From contig JACRET010000001.1 in the NCBI GenBank assembly GCA_016218105.1, forward strand, positions 1,262 to 65,261: a DNA stretch of 64,000 bases, given 5' to 3'. Shown here in pieces: positions 47,112 through 57,203 of the stretch. The position numbers and the translations under genes are program-made. Numbering within the stretch: the first letter of the stretch is position 1; each line of letters begins with the position of its first letter. Origin of the DNA: Deltaproteobacteria bacterium (GTDB taxonomy: Bacteria > Desulfobacterota > GWC2-55-46). Under the pieces are notes generated by a model. That model saw nothing but the letters and a program-made list of their open reading frames with translations, had not been told where the DNA came from and made no database searches.

Positions 47112-49361
47112 TCATTTCAGTATCTCGTTCAATGCGCCGCCTTTGGCCGTACCCTTGAATTTATCGGAAAGGTTCTTAAGCACCGCCTTGTATTCAGGCT
47201 TCGTCTCAATCGCCTTGCCGTAATAATAAGCGCCCTCGTCAAGCCCCCCCGTCTCAAAGAGCGAATTGCCTATGTAGTAATATATGTCCCCCAGTTCCTT
47301 CGGATCGTCTATGGCGAACGCGGCCCGTTTGAGGTACGTGACCGCAGGCTCGAAATCCGATGTGTCGAAGTACGACATGCCCAGCGCCTGATAGGCAAAC
47401 GGGTCTGATTCATCGTCAGCCATGATGACGTATTTATTAAGATTGCATATCGCCTCTTTATGGTCCTTCATATCACGGCTTACAAGGCCGAGCGCGAGGT
47501 AGGAGTTTTTGTAGGACTTGTCGCACTTGATAGACGACCAGAAGGCATCTATGGATTCCTTCTGTCTCTTAAGCTTCCCAAGGACAACGCCCATGTCATA
47601 ATAGGTATCCGCGCTCTTGATGACCGAAAGCGCCTTCTTAAACTCCGTTACCGCTTCTTCCATATACTCCCCTCCTAGCATGCTGTCAACCAGCCCGAGG
47701 AGCCTGTGGGGCCTGGCGAACGGCTCGCCGCCCGAATCGGAGATGAACCTCTTAAGCTCGGCCCTTATGGACTTAAGCCCTTCCCTGTCCTCCGGGAGCT
47801 TGTATTTAGGGTCATCAGAGCAGGCGTTAAAGGCCATACCGTGCCTCCCTATGGCTTCCCTATGGCTTTCGGTATTCTTTAAAAAAAGTATGGAGATGTC
47901 ATCGAAGCTTACGGCCTTCCATTCCGGGCTCAGGTGTAAATTCTTGCAGAAGGGGCTGTCCAGCTTTATCAGCGCCATGTCGATGGACAGCTCGGCTACG
48001 AGCCTGTCCCATCTTGCCGGGTTGTTTACGAGCCTCGATTGCCAGAAAAAATAAGGCGAATAGACCGTCGGCGTCCTTCCGTCTATATAGACCTTCGCCT
48101 CGGGATACTCGTATATAAGGTACCCTCCGAAGATGTACTCATTATAGATATTGCCCTTTATCCCTTCTTTTTTCATGAAGGCCACCGTGCCTTCGGGGTA
48201 TTGGCCTTTCTCAAGCCCAAGCCCCAGGCTGCCGCCTATAAAGGCCTTTCCGAAATCAAAGATCATAACGAACGCCAAAAACAGGCTTATGAGCACCGGT
48301 AGTAAAAGATGCGGCTTTTTTCCCCTCGACTTCAGATAATCGTTTATATTGAGCGCCAGCACAGGCCCGGCAAAATATGCGAACAAGGCTATCCATCTCA
48401 CGTGCGAGATTGCCATATACAGCCCTGCCGCCACGAGGAATATCGACCTTGCCTTAAGAGACCTGTAGTTGATTATGAGGGCTATTACGGTAGCGATTAT
48501 CAGCAGCTCAAAGGCGAAGTGATCGAGCGGAAAAGGATACAGATAGAAAAAAAGCTCTTTTAGGCCGGGTTTTGTCCACTCGCCGATATGCTTTATGGCG
48601 TCCGCATTGTCCACGCCGTGATGTATGAAAGGGAAGATGACCAGCTTGGGGCCGTAGGGGTTGATAAGGGAGACCGCCGGCAAGGCGACGGCCGCGCCTA
48701 TCATGCTTTTGAGCTTCCCGGAGAGGTCGCCCTTCAAGCCCTGCCTCCGTATCGTATCAATCACCTCGCCTGCCGCGTAAGCCCCGGCTATAAATATACC
48801 GAGTATCGCGCTTGAATGCACGTTGACCCATATCACCTGCAAGGGCAAAAGCGCCAGCAGATATAAAAGCTTACCCTTACGCTCATAAAGCGTGAATAAA
48901 AGGAGATACAGGGATACGAAAAAATACTCAAAGAGATGGGGGCGTATAAAAAGCCTGGTATGCGAGCATACGAAGACAAGGTAGAGTATCGGGATTACAA
49001 GCCAGATATCCCCTGCTGTATGCCTTAGATTGCGGTAAAGGAAGATGAATGTGAATGTGACGAGTATTACCTGAAGTATGAAAAGGCCCTGCCACCCTCC
49101 GAGCCAGGTGAAGAAAAAATAAGTCAATACCTGAAAGCCCCAGGTAAAATCAACCCAGGGTTTTCCGCCGAAGGTGTATGAGAACGGGTCGGTAAAGGGT
49201 ACCTTGAGGTTGGATGTGATCCATTCGCCGCTTTTAAGGGCCCAGAATATGTCCGTGTCCCAGTGCTGTTTCTGGTATGAGACAAGGATTATAAGGATGC
49301 CGAGTACCGCGAACAGGATCGCTGCCAGTACCCTGGTGATGCGGCTACTCGGGGATTTCAT
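47112..49361 (-). CDS. Multi-TM membrane protein with TPRs, probable GT-C of a second family
   Basis: DTDIFWALKSGEWI..DPFSYT..W, RPHLF, WVNVH, INPYG, EW, GGYLIY..YIDGR, C-terminal TPRs; overlaps the pilR stop by 17 bp. Confidence 0.7.
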   Translation of the reverse strand: MKSPSSRITRVLAAILFAVLGILIILVSYQKQHWDTDIFWALKSGEWITSNLKVPFTDPFSYTFGGKPWVDFTWGFQVLTYFFFTWLGGWQGLFILQVILVTFTFIFLYRNLRHTAGDIWLVIPILYLVFVCSHTRLFIRPHLFEYFFVSLYLLLFTLYERKGKLLYLLALLPLQVIWVNVHSSAILGIFIAGAYAAGEVIDTIRRQGLKGDLSGKLKSMIGAAVALPAVSLINPYGPKLVIFPFIHHGVDNADAIKHIGEWTKPGLKELFFYLYPFPLDHFAFELLIIATVIALIINYRSLKARSIFLVAAGLYMAISHVRWIALFAYFAGPVLALNINDYLKSRGKKPHLLLPVLISLFLAFVMIFDFGKAFIGGSLGLGLEKGQYPEGTVAFMKKEGIKGNIYNEYIFGGYLIYEYPEAKVYIDGRTPTVYSPYFFWQSRLVNNPARWDRLVAELSIDMALIKLDSPFCKNLHLSPEWKAVSFDDISILFLKNTESHREAIGRHGMAFNACSDDPKYKLPEDREGLKSIRAELKRFISDSGGEPFARPHRLLGLVDSMLGGEYMEEAVTEFKKALSVIKSADTYYDMGVVLGKLKRQKESIDAFWSSIKCDKSYKNSYLALGLVSRDMKDHKEAICNLNKYVIMADDESDPFAYQALGMSYFDTSDFEPAVTYLKRAAFAIDDPKELGDIYYYIGNSLFETGGLDEGAYYYGKAIETKPEYKAVLKNLSDKFKGTAKGGALNEILK

Positions 49362-50745
49362 ATTTGCTAAGTTTGTACCTCATCGATCTGAAGGACAGGC
49401 CGAGAAGCTCAGCCGCCCTCTTTTTTACGCCACCTGACTTCTTGAGAGCATCTATTATAATAGCCTTTTCAAATTCTTCAATAGTCTTTTCAAGGTCTAC
49501 GCCTCCGGAAGGAACAGGCACGCCAATACCGGGGTTCGCGAGGTTCGCCGCGCCGTGGACGGTTTCCGCCCGCTCCCTTAGATACGATGGAAGGCTCTCC
49601 GTGGTGATGATATCCGTGGTTTCAAGCGCCACCGCCCGCTCCATTATATTTTCAAGCTCGCGGACGTTGCCCGAATAATCGTATTCAACAAGGCATTTGA
49701 GCGCCCCTTCCGAAAGCCTTTTTATATTTTTGCCGTGCTCCAGGCTGAACTTCTCCAAAAAATATCTTGATAGCGCCGGAATATCTTCCTTCCGCTCCCT
49801 TAAAGGGGGCAGGCCTATCCTTATCACGTTGAGCCTGTAGAAGAGGTCCTCCCTGAACCTTCCGGCCTTGACCTCGGCCTCAAGGTCTTTGTTTGACGCG
49901 GCTATAAGCCTTATGTCCACGGAGATATCGGCTGTGGCTCCGACCCTCCTGAAATTCCTCTCCTGAATAAAACGAAGGAGTTTTACCTGGAGGTGAAGCG
50001 GCAGCTCAGTCAATTCATCGAGAAAAAGCGTCCCTCCGTCCGCCTGCTCCGCCAGCCCCTCTTTGTTCGCGACAGCGCCGGTAAAGGCCCCCTTCTGGTG
50101 GCCGAAAAGCTCGCTCTCAAGGAGGTTTTCAGGTATGGCGCCGCAGTTTATCGCGACGAACGGCTTGTCCTTCCTGTCGCTCTCCAAGTGTATCGCCCTG
50201 GCGACCAGCTCCTTGCCCGTGCCGCTTTCTCCTGTAACGAAAACATTGGTCTTGGTCTTCGCGATACTCATTATGAAACTGTATATCTCGGCCATCCTGG
50301 GACTCGTGCCCACAATATTGGAGAAACCGTATTTTGTCTTAAGGTCTTTTTTAAGAAGCCTGTTCTCAAGCTCAAGGCTCCTAAGCTTAAGCGCCTTCTT
50401 TATGTTGAGCTTTATTTCATCTATGTTAAAGGGCTTTGTAAAGTAATCGTAAGCGCCCGCCTTCATCGCCTCTATCGCGGTCTCAACCGACGCGTAAGCA
50501 GTTATCATTATGACGAGCGTGTCAGGATCAAGCTCTTTTAAAGCCTTTAGGAAATCCACCCCCCCCATGCCAGGCATCCTGATATCGCTTATTACAAGGT
50601 CAACAGGGTTGTCCCTGCAGAAGTCGAGCGCCGCCTTCGCGCTGTCCATTCCCCTGGCGCCGTAGCCTTCCTTGCGGAGCATTATTTCGAGGAACTCCCG
50701 CATGTCCCTTTCGTCATCGACTATGAGTATATTTACTTTTGCCAT
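49345..50745 (-). CDS. pilR: Sigma54-dependent response regulator PilR
   Basis: Receiver domain, [26 protein letters not shown]; follows pilS. Confidence 0.9.
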   Translation of the reverse strand: MAKVNILIVDDERDMREFLEIMLRKEGYGARGMDSAKAALDFCRDNPVDLVISDIRMPGMGGVDFLKALKELDPDTLVIMITAYASVETAIEAMKAGAYDYFTKPFNIDEIKLNIKKALKLRSLELENRLLKKDLKTKYGFSNIVGTSPRMAEIYSFIMSIAKTKTNVFVTGESGTGKELVARAIHLESDRKDKPFVAINCGAIPENLLESELFGHQKGAFTGAVANKEGLAEQADGGTLFLDELTELPLHLQVKLLRFIQERNFRRVGATADISVDIRLIAASNKDLEAEVKAGRFREDLFYRLNVIRIGLPPLRERKEDIPALSRYFLEKFSLEHGKNIKRLSEGALKCLVEYDYSGNVRELENIMERAVALETTDIITTESLPSYLRERAETVHGAANLANPGIGVPVPSGGVDLEKTIEEFEKAIIIDALKKSGGVKKRAAELLGLSFRSMRYKLSKYEIPE

Positions 50746-50751
50746 CCCGTT

Positions 50752-52416
50752 TTAGCCTATAACCCTTTCCCTTTCGACCGGCAAGGCGATCCTGAAAGCA
50801 GTGCCTTGCCCCAGAACGCTTTTGACCTCTATGCTGCCGCTGTGGCTCTCTATTATCCTGTGCACCATCGCAAGCCCGAGACCCGTGCCGAAGTCCTTTG
50901 TGGAAAAGAACGGATCGAATATCCTGTTCAAGTCCTCCGGCCTGATCCCCTTGCCTGTGTCAATCACTTCTATCAATGCGAAGGAAGCTTCATCCCCGCC
51001 TCCCCCGCCGGGCCTCCCCCATCCAAGGCTGGCGGAGACATTCAAAACTCCCCCCCCTTCCATGGCGTGGGCCGCGTTAAGGAACAGGTTCCAGAATACC
51101 TGCCCCAATTGTCTCGCGTCACCCTTGAGCATCAGCCTTTCCACGACGCCGCTTTTTATGTCGATTGAAGCGGCTTCGGGGGAGTTCCTGAAAATCCTTA
51201 TCGTCTCGTCTATCACTGAGCTCAGATCGATCAATTCCCTTTTCTCCTTCGCGGGTTTCGCGAAAAGGAGATAGTCGGTGATAAGGAGATTAAGACGGTC
51301 AGTCTCGCGCAAGACTATATCCATGAGCTTAAGGTCCTCTCCGCTCAAATCCAGTTCCTCCTTAAGAAGCTGGATAGAGCCGCTTATGGAAGCGAGCGGA
51401 TTTCTTATCTCGTGGGCTATGCCTATGGATATCTCACCAAGGGCCTTTAATTTTTCATCCCTTCTGAGCTGCTCTTCCATGGCCTTTAGCCGGGTCAGGT
51501 TCTGGAATATTATTATATTCGAGGCGTCCCCGCCCTGCCCCTCCGAGATGGAAAAGCCGAGGTATACCTCTTCCCCGTCTTTCCTCCTGAACCTCTTCTC
51601 GATCCTGATGCCGCTGAGATCCTTCCTGTTGCCGTCCAGCATCCCGGGGAATATCTCGTTAACGTCCCTGTAATAAACCTCCTTCAGCGTATACCCGGTT
51701 ACAAGCTCCGCCTCTCTGTTGAAGGAGGTGATGCGAAGCCTCTCGTCAAGCGTCATTATGCCGCTTGTGATATTCTCAACGATATGCCTGTTTAACTGCT
51801 CCAGCGCCTCAAAGTCTATCTCCTTTTCTTCAAGCTCCCTCTCCACCCTGGCTGCCTTCTCGGCAAGATAGCCGGTGAGATAAGCGACGGTAAAGAATGC
51901 GAGTATGTTCGTAGCTACGGTGGTAAATACGTCCTCCCACCTCTGGACAGGCATCGAATGTATCACTTTAAACCTGGCGGGCAGCATCCTGTAAAAATCC
52001 ATGTCTATCAGTATGCCGTACGAGATGCTTGAAAAAGAAGCGGCGAAAAGCCCGCCCCGCTTGCTTAAAAGTATCGCGGCGCCGATGACGGAAAGCGGAT
52101 AAAGCGTCTGGAGGTAGCTCTCCGTTCCGCCGGTGATGTAGACAATTACGGTGATGAGGATTATGTCTATCGCTACCTGGAGATATGTAAAGAGGCGTAA
52201 ATTAGCTATCCTCTTGATGGCAAGCGAGTAGATGATCGTGAGGAAACCGGTCGTGACGACTATCCCATAGAGGGGGTAGAAGTTCAGTCTGGTGAGTGAA
52301 TATTCCTTTATCTGGAACCAGGTGGTTATGCCGAGGAATGCAAGCGCAAGCACAACCCTTAAGACCATCATGGCCAGGAGTTTCTGCCTAAGCGCCTGTG
52401 GATTTGTTACAAACAT
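50752..52416 (-). CDS. pilS: Sensor histidine kinase PilS
   Basis: Multi-TM N-terminus with TGG..S, PAS, AHEIRNPLASISGS; pilC-pilS-pilR order. Confidence 0.9.
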   Translation of the reverse strand: MFVTNPQALRQKLLAMMVLRVVLALAFLGITTWFQIKEYSLTRLNFYPLYGIVVTTGFLTIIYSLAIKRIANLRLFTYLQVAIDIILITVIVYITGGTESYLQTLYPLSVIGAAILLSKRGGLFAASFSSISYGILIDMDFYRMLPARFKVIHSMPVQRWEDVFTTVATNILAFFTVAYLTGYLAEKAARVERELEEKEIDFEALEQLNRHIVENITSGIMTLDERLRITSFNREAELVTGYTLKEVYYRDVNEIFPGMLDGNRKDLSGIRIEKRFRRKDGEEVYLGFSISEGQGGDASNIIIFQNLTRLKAMEEQLRRDEKLKALGEISIGIAHEIRNPLASISGSIQLLKEELDLSGEDLKLMDIVLRETDRLNLLITDYLLFAKPAKEKRELIDLSSVIDETIRIFRNSPEAASIDIKSGVVERLMLKGDARQLGQVFWNLFLNAAHAMEGGGVLNVSASLGWGRPGGGGGDEASFALIEVIDTGKGIRPEDLNRIFDPFFSTKDFGTGLGLAMVHRIIESHSGSIEVKSVLGQGTAFRIALPVERERVIG

Positions 52417-52421
52417 TTTCT

Positions 52422-53645
52422 TTAGCCCGCCGCGGCCCCCGCGATCTGGAATATCGGAAGATACAGAGCTATAACCAGTCCGCCGACGACTATGCCGAGG
52501 AACGCCATAAGAAGCGGCTCGATAAGAGAGGTCAGCGCGTCCACCGCCGCGTCAACTTCCTCTTCATAAAAATCAGCTATCTTCGTGAGCATCGCGTCGA
52601 GCGCCCCTGTCTGTTCGCCGACGGCTATCATCTGTGTGACCATCCCAGGGAAAACCTTTGTTTCCATAAGCGGGTCGGCCAGCGTTTTACCCTGGCTCAA
52701 GCTCGTGCGGGCCTTCATAATGGCTTCTTCTATTATTACGTTCCCCGAAGTTTTGGAGACTATCTCAAGCCCCTCAAGGATTGGCACGCCGCTGGACAAC
52801 ATCGTGCCGAGCGTGCGCGTGAACCTCGCAACCGCCGACTTCCTGACCAGATCGCCCGCCACAGGCGCCTTCAGGATAAGGGCGTCCATTATTCTCCTGC
52901 CCTTTGGCACCTTATAGAACCTGTTGATGGCGATACCCGTGCCGACCAACCCTGCTATTATAAAATGCCAGTAGCTCTGAAGCGCCTTGCTTAGATTGAC
53001 TACCAGCTGGGTCGGCGCAGGCAGCGCCTGGCCGAACCCCGCGAACATACTCTCGAATATGGGAACAACCCATAGGAGGAGTCCCGCGACTACCAGGCAC
53101 GCTATTATGATAACCGCGCTCGGATAGGTCATCGCGCCTTTTATCTTACCTTTGAGTTTTTCTGATTTTTCTAGAAAACCAGAGAGCCTGTTCAAGATCG
53201 TGTCGAGTATGCCGCCTATTTCTCCGGCGGCGATGAGGTTTACGTACAGTTGGTCAAATACCTTCGGGTGCTTGCGCAGCGCGTCGGCAAAGGTGGAGCC
53301 GCCTTCGACCGAGCCCTTTACATCCATAAGCACCTTTTTGAATTCAACGTTATCCTGCTGGCTGGCGAGTATATCGAGACATTGCACGAGCGGGAGACCC
53401 GCGTCGATCATCGTGGCAAACTGGCGGCTGAAGACGACAAGGTCTTTTGTCTTTATTCTTGTACCGAGCCCTGGGATCTGAATGCTGCTTAGAGATGAAA
53501 GGCCGCCTTTTTTCTGGCTTATAGAGGCCGGCACTATCTGCTGCCTCCGGAGAGCCGCCGTAGCCTGGGCCAGGTTAGCGGCCTGAAGCTCGCCTTTCTT
53601 CATTTCACCGCTGACGGTCTTGCCTGTATACGCGAATGTCGGCAT
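52422..53645 (-). CDS. pilC: Type IV pilus inner membrane platform protein PilC
   Basis: FSRQFATMIDAGLPL, AGEIGGILD, AMTYP, GEQTGALD, LIEP, LYLPIF. Confidence 0.96.
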   Translation of the reverse strand: MPTFAYTGKTVSGEMKKGELQAANLAQATAALRRQQIVPASISQKKGGLSSLSSIQIPGLGTRIKTKDLVVFSRQFATMIDAGLPLVQCLDILASQQDNVEFKKVLMDVKGSVEGGSTFADALRKHPKVFDQLYVNLIAAGEIGGILDTILNRLSGFLEKSEKLKGKIKGAMTYPSAVIIIACLVVAGLLLWVVPIFESMFAGFGQALPAPTQLVVNLSKALQSYWHFIIAGLVGTGIAINRFYKVPKGRRIMDALILKAPVAGDLVRKSAVARFTRTLGTMLSSGVPILEGLEIVSKTSGNVIIEEAIMKARTSLSQGKTLADPLMETKVFPGMVTQMIAVGEQTGALDAMLTKIADFYEEEVDAAVDALTSLIEPLLMAFLGIVVGGLVIALYLPIFQIAGAAAG

Positions 53646-53648
53646 CGC

Positions 53649-54770
53649 CTAGCTCCTGCCTGTGGGCGGCCCGCTTCTTAAGACGCCGGCGTTTATCATC
53701 ATCTGCCGGAGCTCATCGGGCTCCGAGCTTCTGCCGAGCGCCTCTTCAAGGGTTATAAGCCGCCTGGAGTAAAGGTTCATGAAGCTCTGATTCATCGTCT
53801 GCATCCCGAACTTTGATTGCCCGACCTGCATCTGAGAGTATATCTGGTGCACCTTGTCTTCCCTGATAAGGTTGCGTATCGCGGCGTTCGGGATCATTAT
53901 CTCCATCGACACGACCCTGCCTTTTCCGTCGGCCCTGGGTATCAGGAGCTGGGAAAGAACGGCCTCAAGGACGAATGAAAGCTCCGCCCTTACCTGCGGC
54001 TGCTGATGGGAAGGGAAGACGTCTATGACCCTATTTATGGTCTGTACGCATGAATTAGTGTGAAGCGTGGCGAAACAAAGATGCCCTGTCTCGGCTATGG
54101 TCAGCGCCGTCTCGATAGTTTCCATATCCCTAAGCTCTCCGAGGAGAACAACGTCAGGGTCCTGCCGGAGCACATATTTGAGGGCTTTTTTAAAGGCGTG
54201 CGTGTCGTAGCCGACCTCCCTCTGGTTTACAAGCGCCGTCTTTGAGTTATGCAGATATTCAATCGGGTCTTCTACCGTTATAATATGCTCGGCGCGATCT
54301 GTGTTTATCTTGTCTATCATGGAAGCCAGCGTCGTTGATTTACCGCTCCCCGTAGGCCCTGTAACAAGGACGAGCCCTCTTGGCTTCTTGCATAACTCCT
54401 CGATTATCGGGGGCAGCCCCAATTCCTGGAACGATTTGATCTTGAAGGGGATCGTCCTGAATACGCCCGCCACAGTTCCTCTCTGGACGAACAGATTGCC
54501 CCTGAAGCGGCTTAAGCCCTTTATTCCAAACGAAAAGTCAAGCTCGTTCTCCTCTTCGAACTTGTGTTTCTGAACATCGGCAAGGATACTGTAACAGAGC
54601 TGTTTTGATTCGACCCCCGTAAGTTGAGGGGCGTTTATGGGAGAAAGCTTGCCGTGTATCCTTATCCTCGGCGCCGAGCCGGCCGCGACATGCAGATCGC
54701 TTCCGCCCTGATCCACCATTATCCTCAGGAGTTCCTGCAGATTTAATTTTGAACCGCCTTCAGTTCCCAC
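53649..54770 (-). CDS. pilT: Type IV pilus retraction ATPase PilT
   Basis: GSDLH, GPTGSGKSTT, LRQDPD, AETGHL..TLHT, AIRNLIRE, GMQT. Confidence 0.96.
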   Translation of the reverse strand: MGTEGGSKLNLQELLRIMVDQGGSDLHVAAGSAPRIRIHGKLSPINAPQLTGVESKQLCYSILADVQKHKFEEENELDFSFGIKGLSRFRGNLFVQRGTVAGVFRTIPFKIKSFQELGLPPIIEELCKKPRGLVLVTGPTGSGKSTTLASMIDKINTDRAEHIITVEDPIEYLHNSKTALVNQREVGYDTHAFKKALKYVLRQDPDVVLLGELRDMETIETALTIAETGHLCFATLHTNSCVQTINRVIDVFPSHQQPQVRAELSFVLEAVLSQLLIPRADGKGRVVSMEIMIPNAAIRNLIREDKVHQIYSQMQVGQSKFGMQTMNQSFMNLYSRRLITLEEALGRSSEPDELRQMMINAGVLRSGPPTGRS

Positions 54771-54886
54771 TTATCCTCCGATGCACGGATACCGCCTGAT
54801 ATATTATATTAAATTATCAGGCAAATAATTGTAATGACAAAAGTTACAGGATGAATGCGCCGCCATATCCATTAAAAACCAGGGTT

Positions 54887-56584
54887 TCAGTCCGCCATTG
54901 TCACCCTTAAGACCTCTTCTATCGTGGTGACCCCTTCGCCGACCTTGGTTATCCCGCTCATCCTGAGTGACTTCATCCCGTCTTTTATGGACGCCCTTTT
55001 TATTTCGGCTGTCGAGGCGCCGTTTAAAACAAGTTCTTTAATGGTTTCGGTAAACGGCATTACCTCGTAAAGGGCTATCCTGCCCTTGTAGCCCGTGCCG
55101 CCGCACACCGCGCAGCCGCTCCCCTTGCAGACATCCATCTTTTGAGCTTCCGATTGAGGCACTCCGAGGTCGATCAACACCTTCTCCGTTATCGGCATCT
55201 TTACCTTGCAGTCCTTGCATATCTTGCGCGCGAGCCTCTGCGCTAGTATCAGGTTGCAGGATGAAGAGACGAGGAACGGCTCTATGCCCATGTTCAGCAG
55301 CCTGTTTACCGTAGACGGGGCGTCATTGGTGTGGAGGGTTGAAAGTACCATATGGCCTGTCAGGGCGGCCTTTATCGCTATTTCGGCAGTCTCGTAGTCC
55401 CTTATCTCCCCGACCATTATGATATCGGGGTCCTGTCTTAGAAAACTCCTCAGGGAAGCGGCGAAATTCAGCCCTATATCCTCATGCATCTGTACCTGAT
55501 TGATGCCCATGAGGTTAAATTCGACCGGGTCTTCCGCGGTCGAGATGTTCTCGCTTATCTTATTCAGTTCCGACAGGGCGGAGTAAAGCGTCGTCGTCTT
55601 GCCGCTGCCTGTCGGCCCCGTGACAAGGACTATCCCCCACGGCTTATGTATGGCGTTCATGAAGTCCTTAAGCGCCTTTTCCTCGAACCCGAGTTTCGTC
55701 ATGTCGAGCTGAAGGTTGCTCTTGTCCAGGAGCCTTAGGACGACCTTCTCGCCGAAGAGCGTAGGCAGTACGGAGACCCTGTAATCCATCTCCTTGTTCT
55801 TGGAGAGCTTAAGCTTTATACGGCCGTCCTGAGGCAGCCTCCTCTCGGCGATATCGAGCTGGCTCATGATCTTTATCCTCGATACTATCGCGTTCTTAAG
55901 CTTCATCGGGGGCTTCATCACTTCCATCAAAATACCGTCTATCCTGTACCTTACGCGGAAGTGCTTTTCATACGGCTCTATATGAATATCGCTGGCGCCC
56001 TTCTTTATCGCGTCAGTAAGGATCAGGTTCACGAGCTTTACGACCGGCGCGTCTTCGACGGCTTTTTTAAGGTCAGTGAGGTCAACCTCCTCCTCGTCCT
56101 TTATGATCTCCATCTCACCTTCGTCAAATTCGGTGAGCACGCCCTCAAGCCCCATCTCAGGGCTCTCATAGAGCTTCTCGATAGAGGTTTTTATAGCCGC
56201 GTCGGATGCCACAAGAGGCTCGACATTGTAGCCTGTTAAGAATTTAATGTCGTCTATGGCGAATATATTCGAGGGGTCGGCCATTGCTACGACCAGGGTA
56301 GAGCCTGTCCTGCTTATGGGTACTACCTGGTATTTTTGAGCGACATCTTCTGGGATGAGCTTGATGATCTCGTGGTCTATTTCCTGGGCCGAAAGGTCTA
56401 TCGTAGGAATGCCGTATTGGCGGCTTAAAAATGCGGTTAAGTCTTTTTCGGTGATAAAGCCGAGCTTTGTAAGATTATACCCGAGCCTGCCACCGCTTTT
56501 TTTCTGCTCTTCGATGGCTTTCTTAAGCTGTTCAGGTGAAATTAACTTTTCTCTAAGTAAAAGCTCGCCTATCCTGTCGGTCAT
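54887..56584 (-). CDS. pilB: Type IV pilus assembly ATPase PilB
   Basis: RIGELL and RLG N-terminal motifs, ASDIHIEP, ERRLPQDGR, GPTGSGKTTT, LRQDPD, Cys4 zinc site. Confidence 0.96.
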   Translation of the reverse strand: MTDRIGELLLREKLISPEQLKKAIEEQKKSGGRLGYNLTKLGFITEKDLTAFLSRQYGIPTIDLSAQEIDHEIIKLIPEDVAQKYQVVPISRTGSTLVVAMADPSNIFAIDDIKFLTGYNVEPLVASDAAIKTSIEKLYESPEMGLEGVLTEFDEGEMEIIKDEEEVDLTDLKKAVEDAPVVKLVNLILTDAIKKGASDIHIEPYEKHFRVRYRIDGILMEVMKPPMKLKNAIVSRIKIMSQLDIAERRLPQDGRIKLKLSKNKEMDYRVSVLPTLFGEKVVLRLLDKSNLQLDMTKLGFEEKALKDFMNAIHKPWGIVLVTGPTGSGKTTTLYSALSELNKISENISTAEDPVEFNLMGINQVQMHEDIGLNFAASLRSFLRQDPDIIMVGEIRDYETAEIAIKAALTGHMVLSTLHTNDAPSTVNRLLNMGIEPFLVSSSCNLILAQRLARKICKDCKVKMPITEKVLIDLGVPQSEAQKMDVCKGSGCAVCGGTGYKGRIALYEVMPFTETIKELVLNGASTAEIKRASIKDGMKSLRMSGITKVGEGVTTIEEVLRVTMAD

Positions 56585-56603
56585 CAGTAATCCGCTTTTG
56601 AGG

Positions 56604-56618
56604 TGACAAAAATTGTCC
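56604..56618. promoter_or_regulatory. Third copy of the pilA palindromic box, upstream of pilB
   Basis: tgacaaaaattgtcc; minus strand GGACAATTTTTGTCA is a 14/15 match, 20 bp upstream of the pilB ATG. Confidence 0.55.
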
Positions 56619-56727
56619 TTCTTATATTATTAAAATTAACTTTTTATGTCAAGGTATTTAGGCCGGTCACCGGGGGAGTATCCTGGCAAGTTAAGTATCT
56701 GATAAAATTAATTATTTAAGGCAACCG

Positions 56728-57108
56728 TCAAGAGTATCTCTGGGCTGTGGTTATGATCTCCTCCGCGAAAAAGGGTTTCCTTAAAAACTCGTCTATCATG
56801 CCCTCCTTTATTCCCTGGTATATGGCGGTGTCGGCATCCTTGAAGTACCCTGTAAAGAGCACAACCTTTGAAACAGGGCTTATCTCCTTTATTTTCCTGA
56901 AGGTCTCAAGACCATTCATCCCAGGCATCACCATATCCATAAAGACCAGAGAATACCGTGATTTCAGTACCTCTTCGAGGGCATCTTTTCCGCTTGTCAC
57001 GTAAAATGCCTTAAATCCCGCGCCTTTAAGGATCTCTGACATCCCGAGGCCGACTGATTCCTCATCATCGACTATCAATATGTTTTTTGGTTCCTTTTCC
57101 CCTGACAT
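56728..57108 (-). CDS. Single-domain response regulator
   Basis: ILIVDDE, FMDMVMPGMNG, FTG, KPF. Confidence 0.92.
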   Translation of the reverse strand: MSGEKEPKNILIVDDEESVGLGMSEILKGAGFKAFYVTSGKDALEEVLKSRYSLVFMDMVMPGMNGLETFRKIKEISPVSKVVLFTGYFKDADTAIYQGIKEGMIDEFLRKPFFAEEIITTAQRYS

Positions 57109-57172
57109 ATGGCCAACCCCCTTATTTTATCGGCAGGTTTCATGAAAGCTTAAAGATCTTAACCGGCTGTAG

Positions 57173-57203
57173 ATTGAAGCTATGCGCTCGCGATGCGTAT
57201 TCA
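57173..57203 (+). repeat. Hairpin-less copy of the ~52-bp repeat
   Basis: attgaagct joined directly to atgcgctcgcgatgcgtattca; both flanks match 28636-28686 with the central hairpin missing. Confidence 0.7.

Noticed and set aside
54794-54822. GCCTGATA..TATCAGGC inverted repeat upstream of pilT as a riboswitch or terminator
   Set aside because: Short stem with a large AT-rich loop and no U-tract; it could be an operator but there is no support
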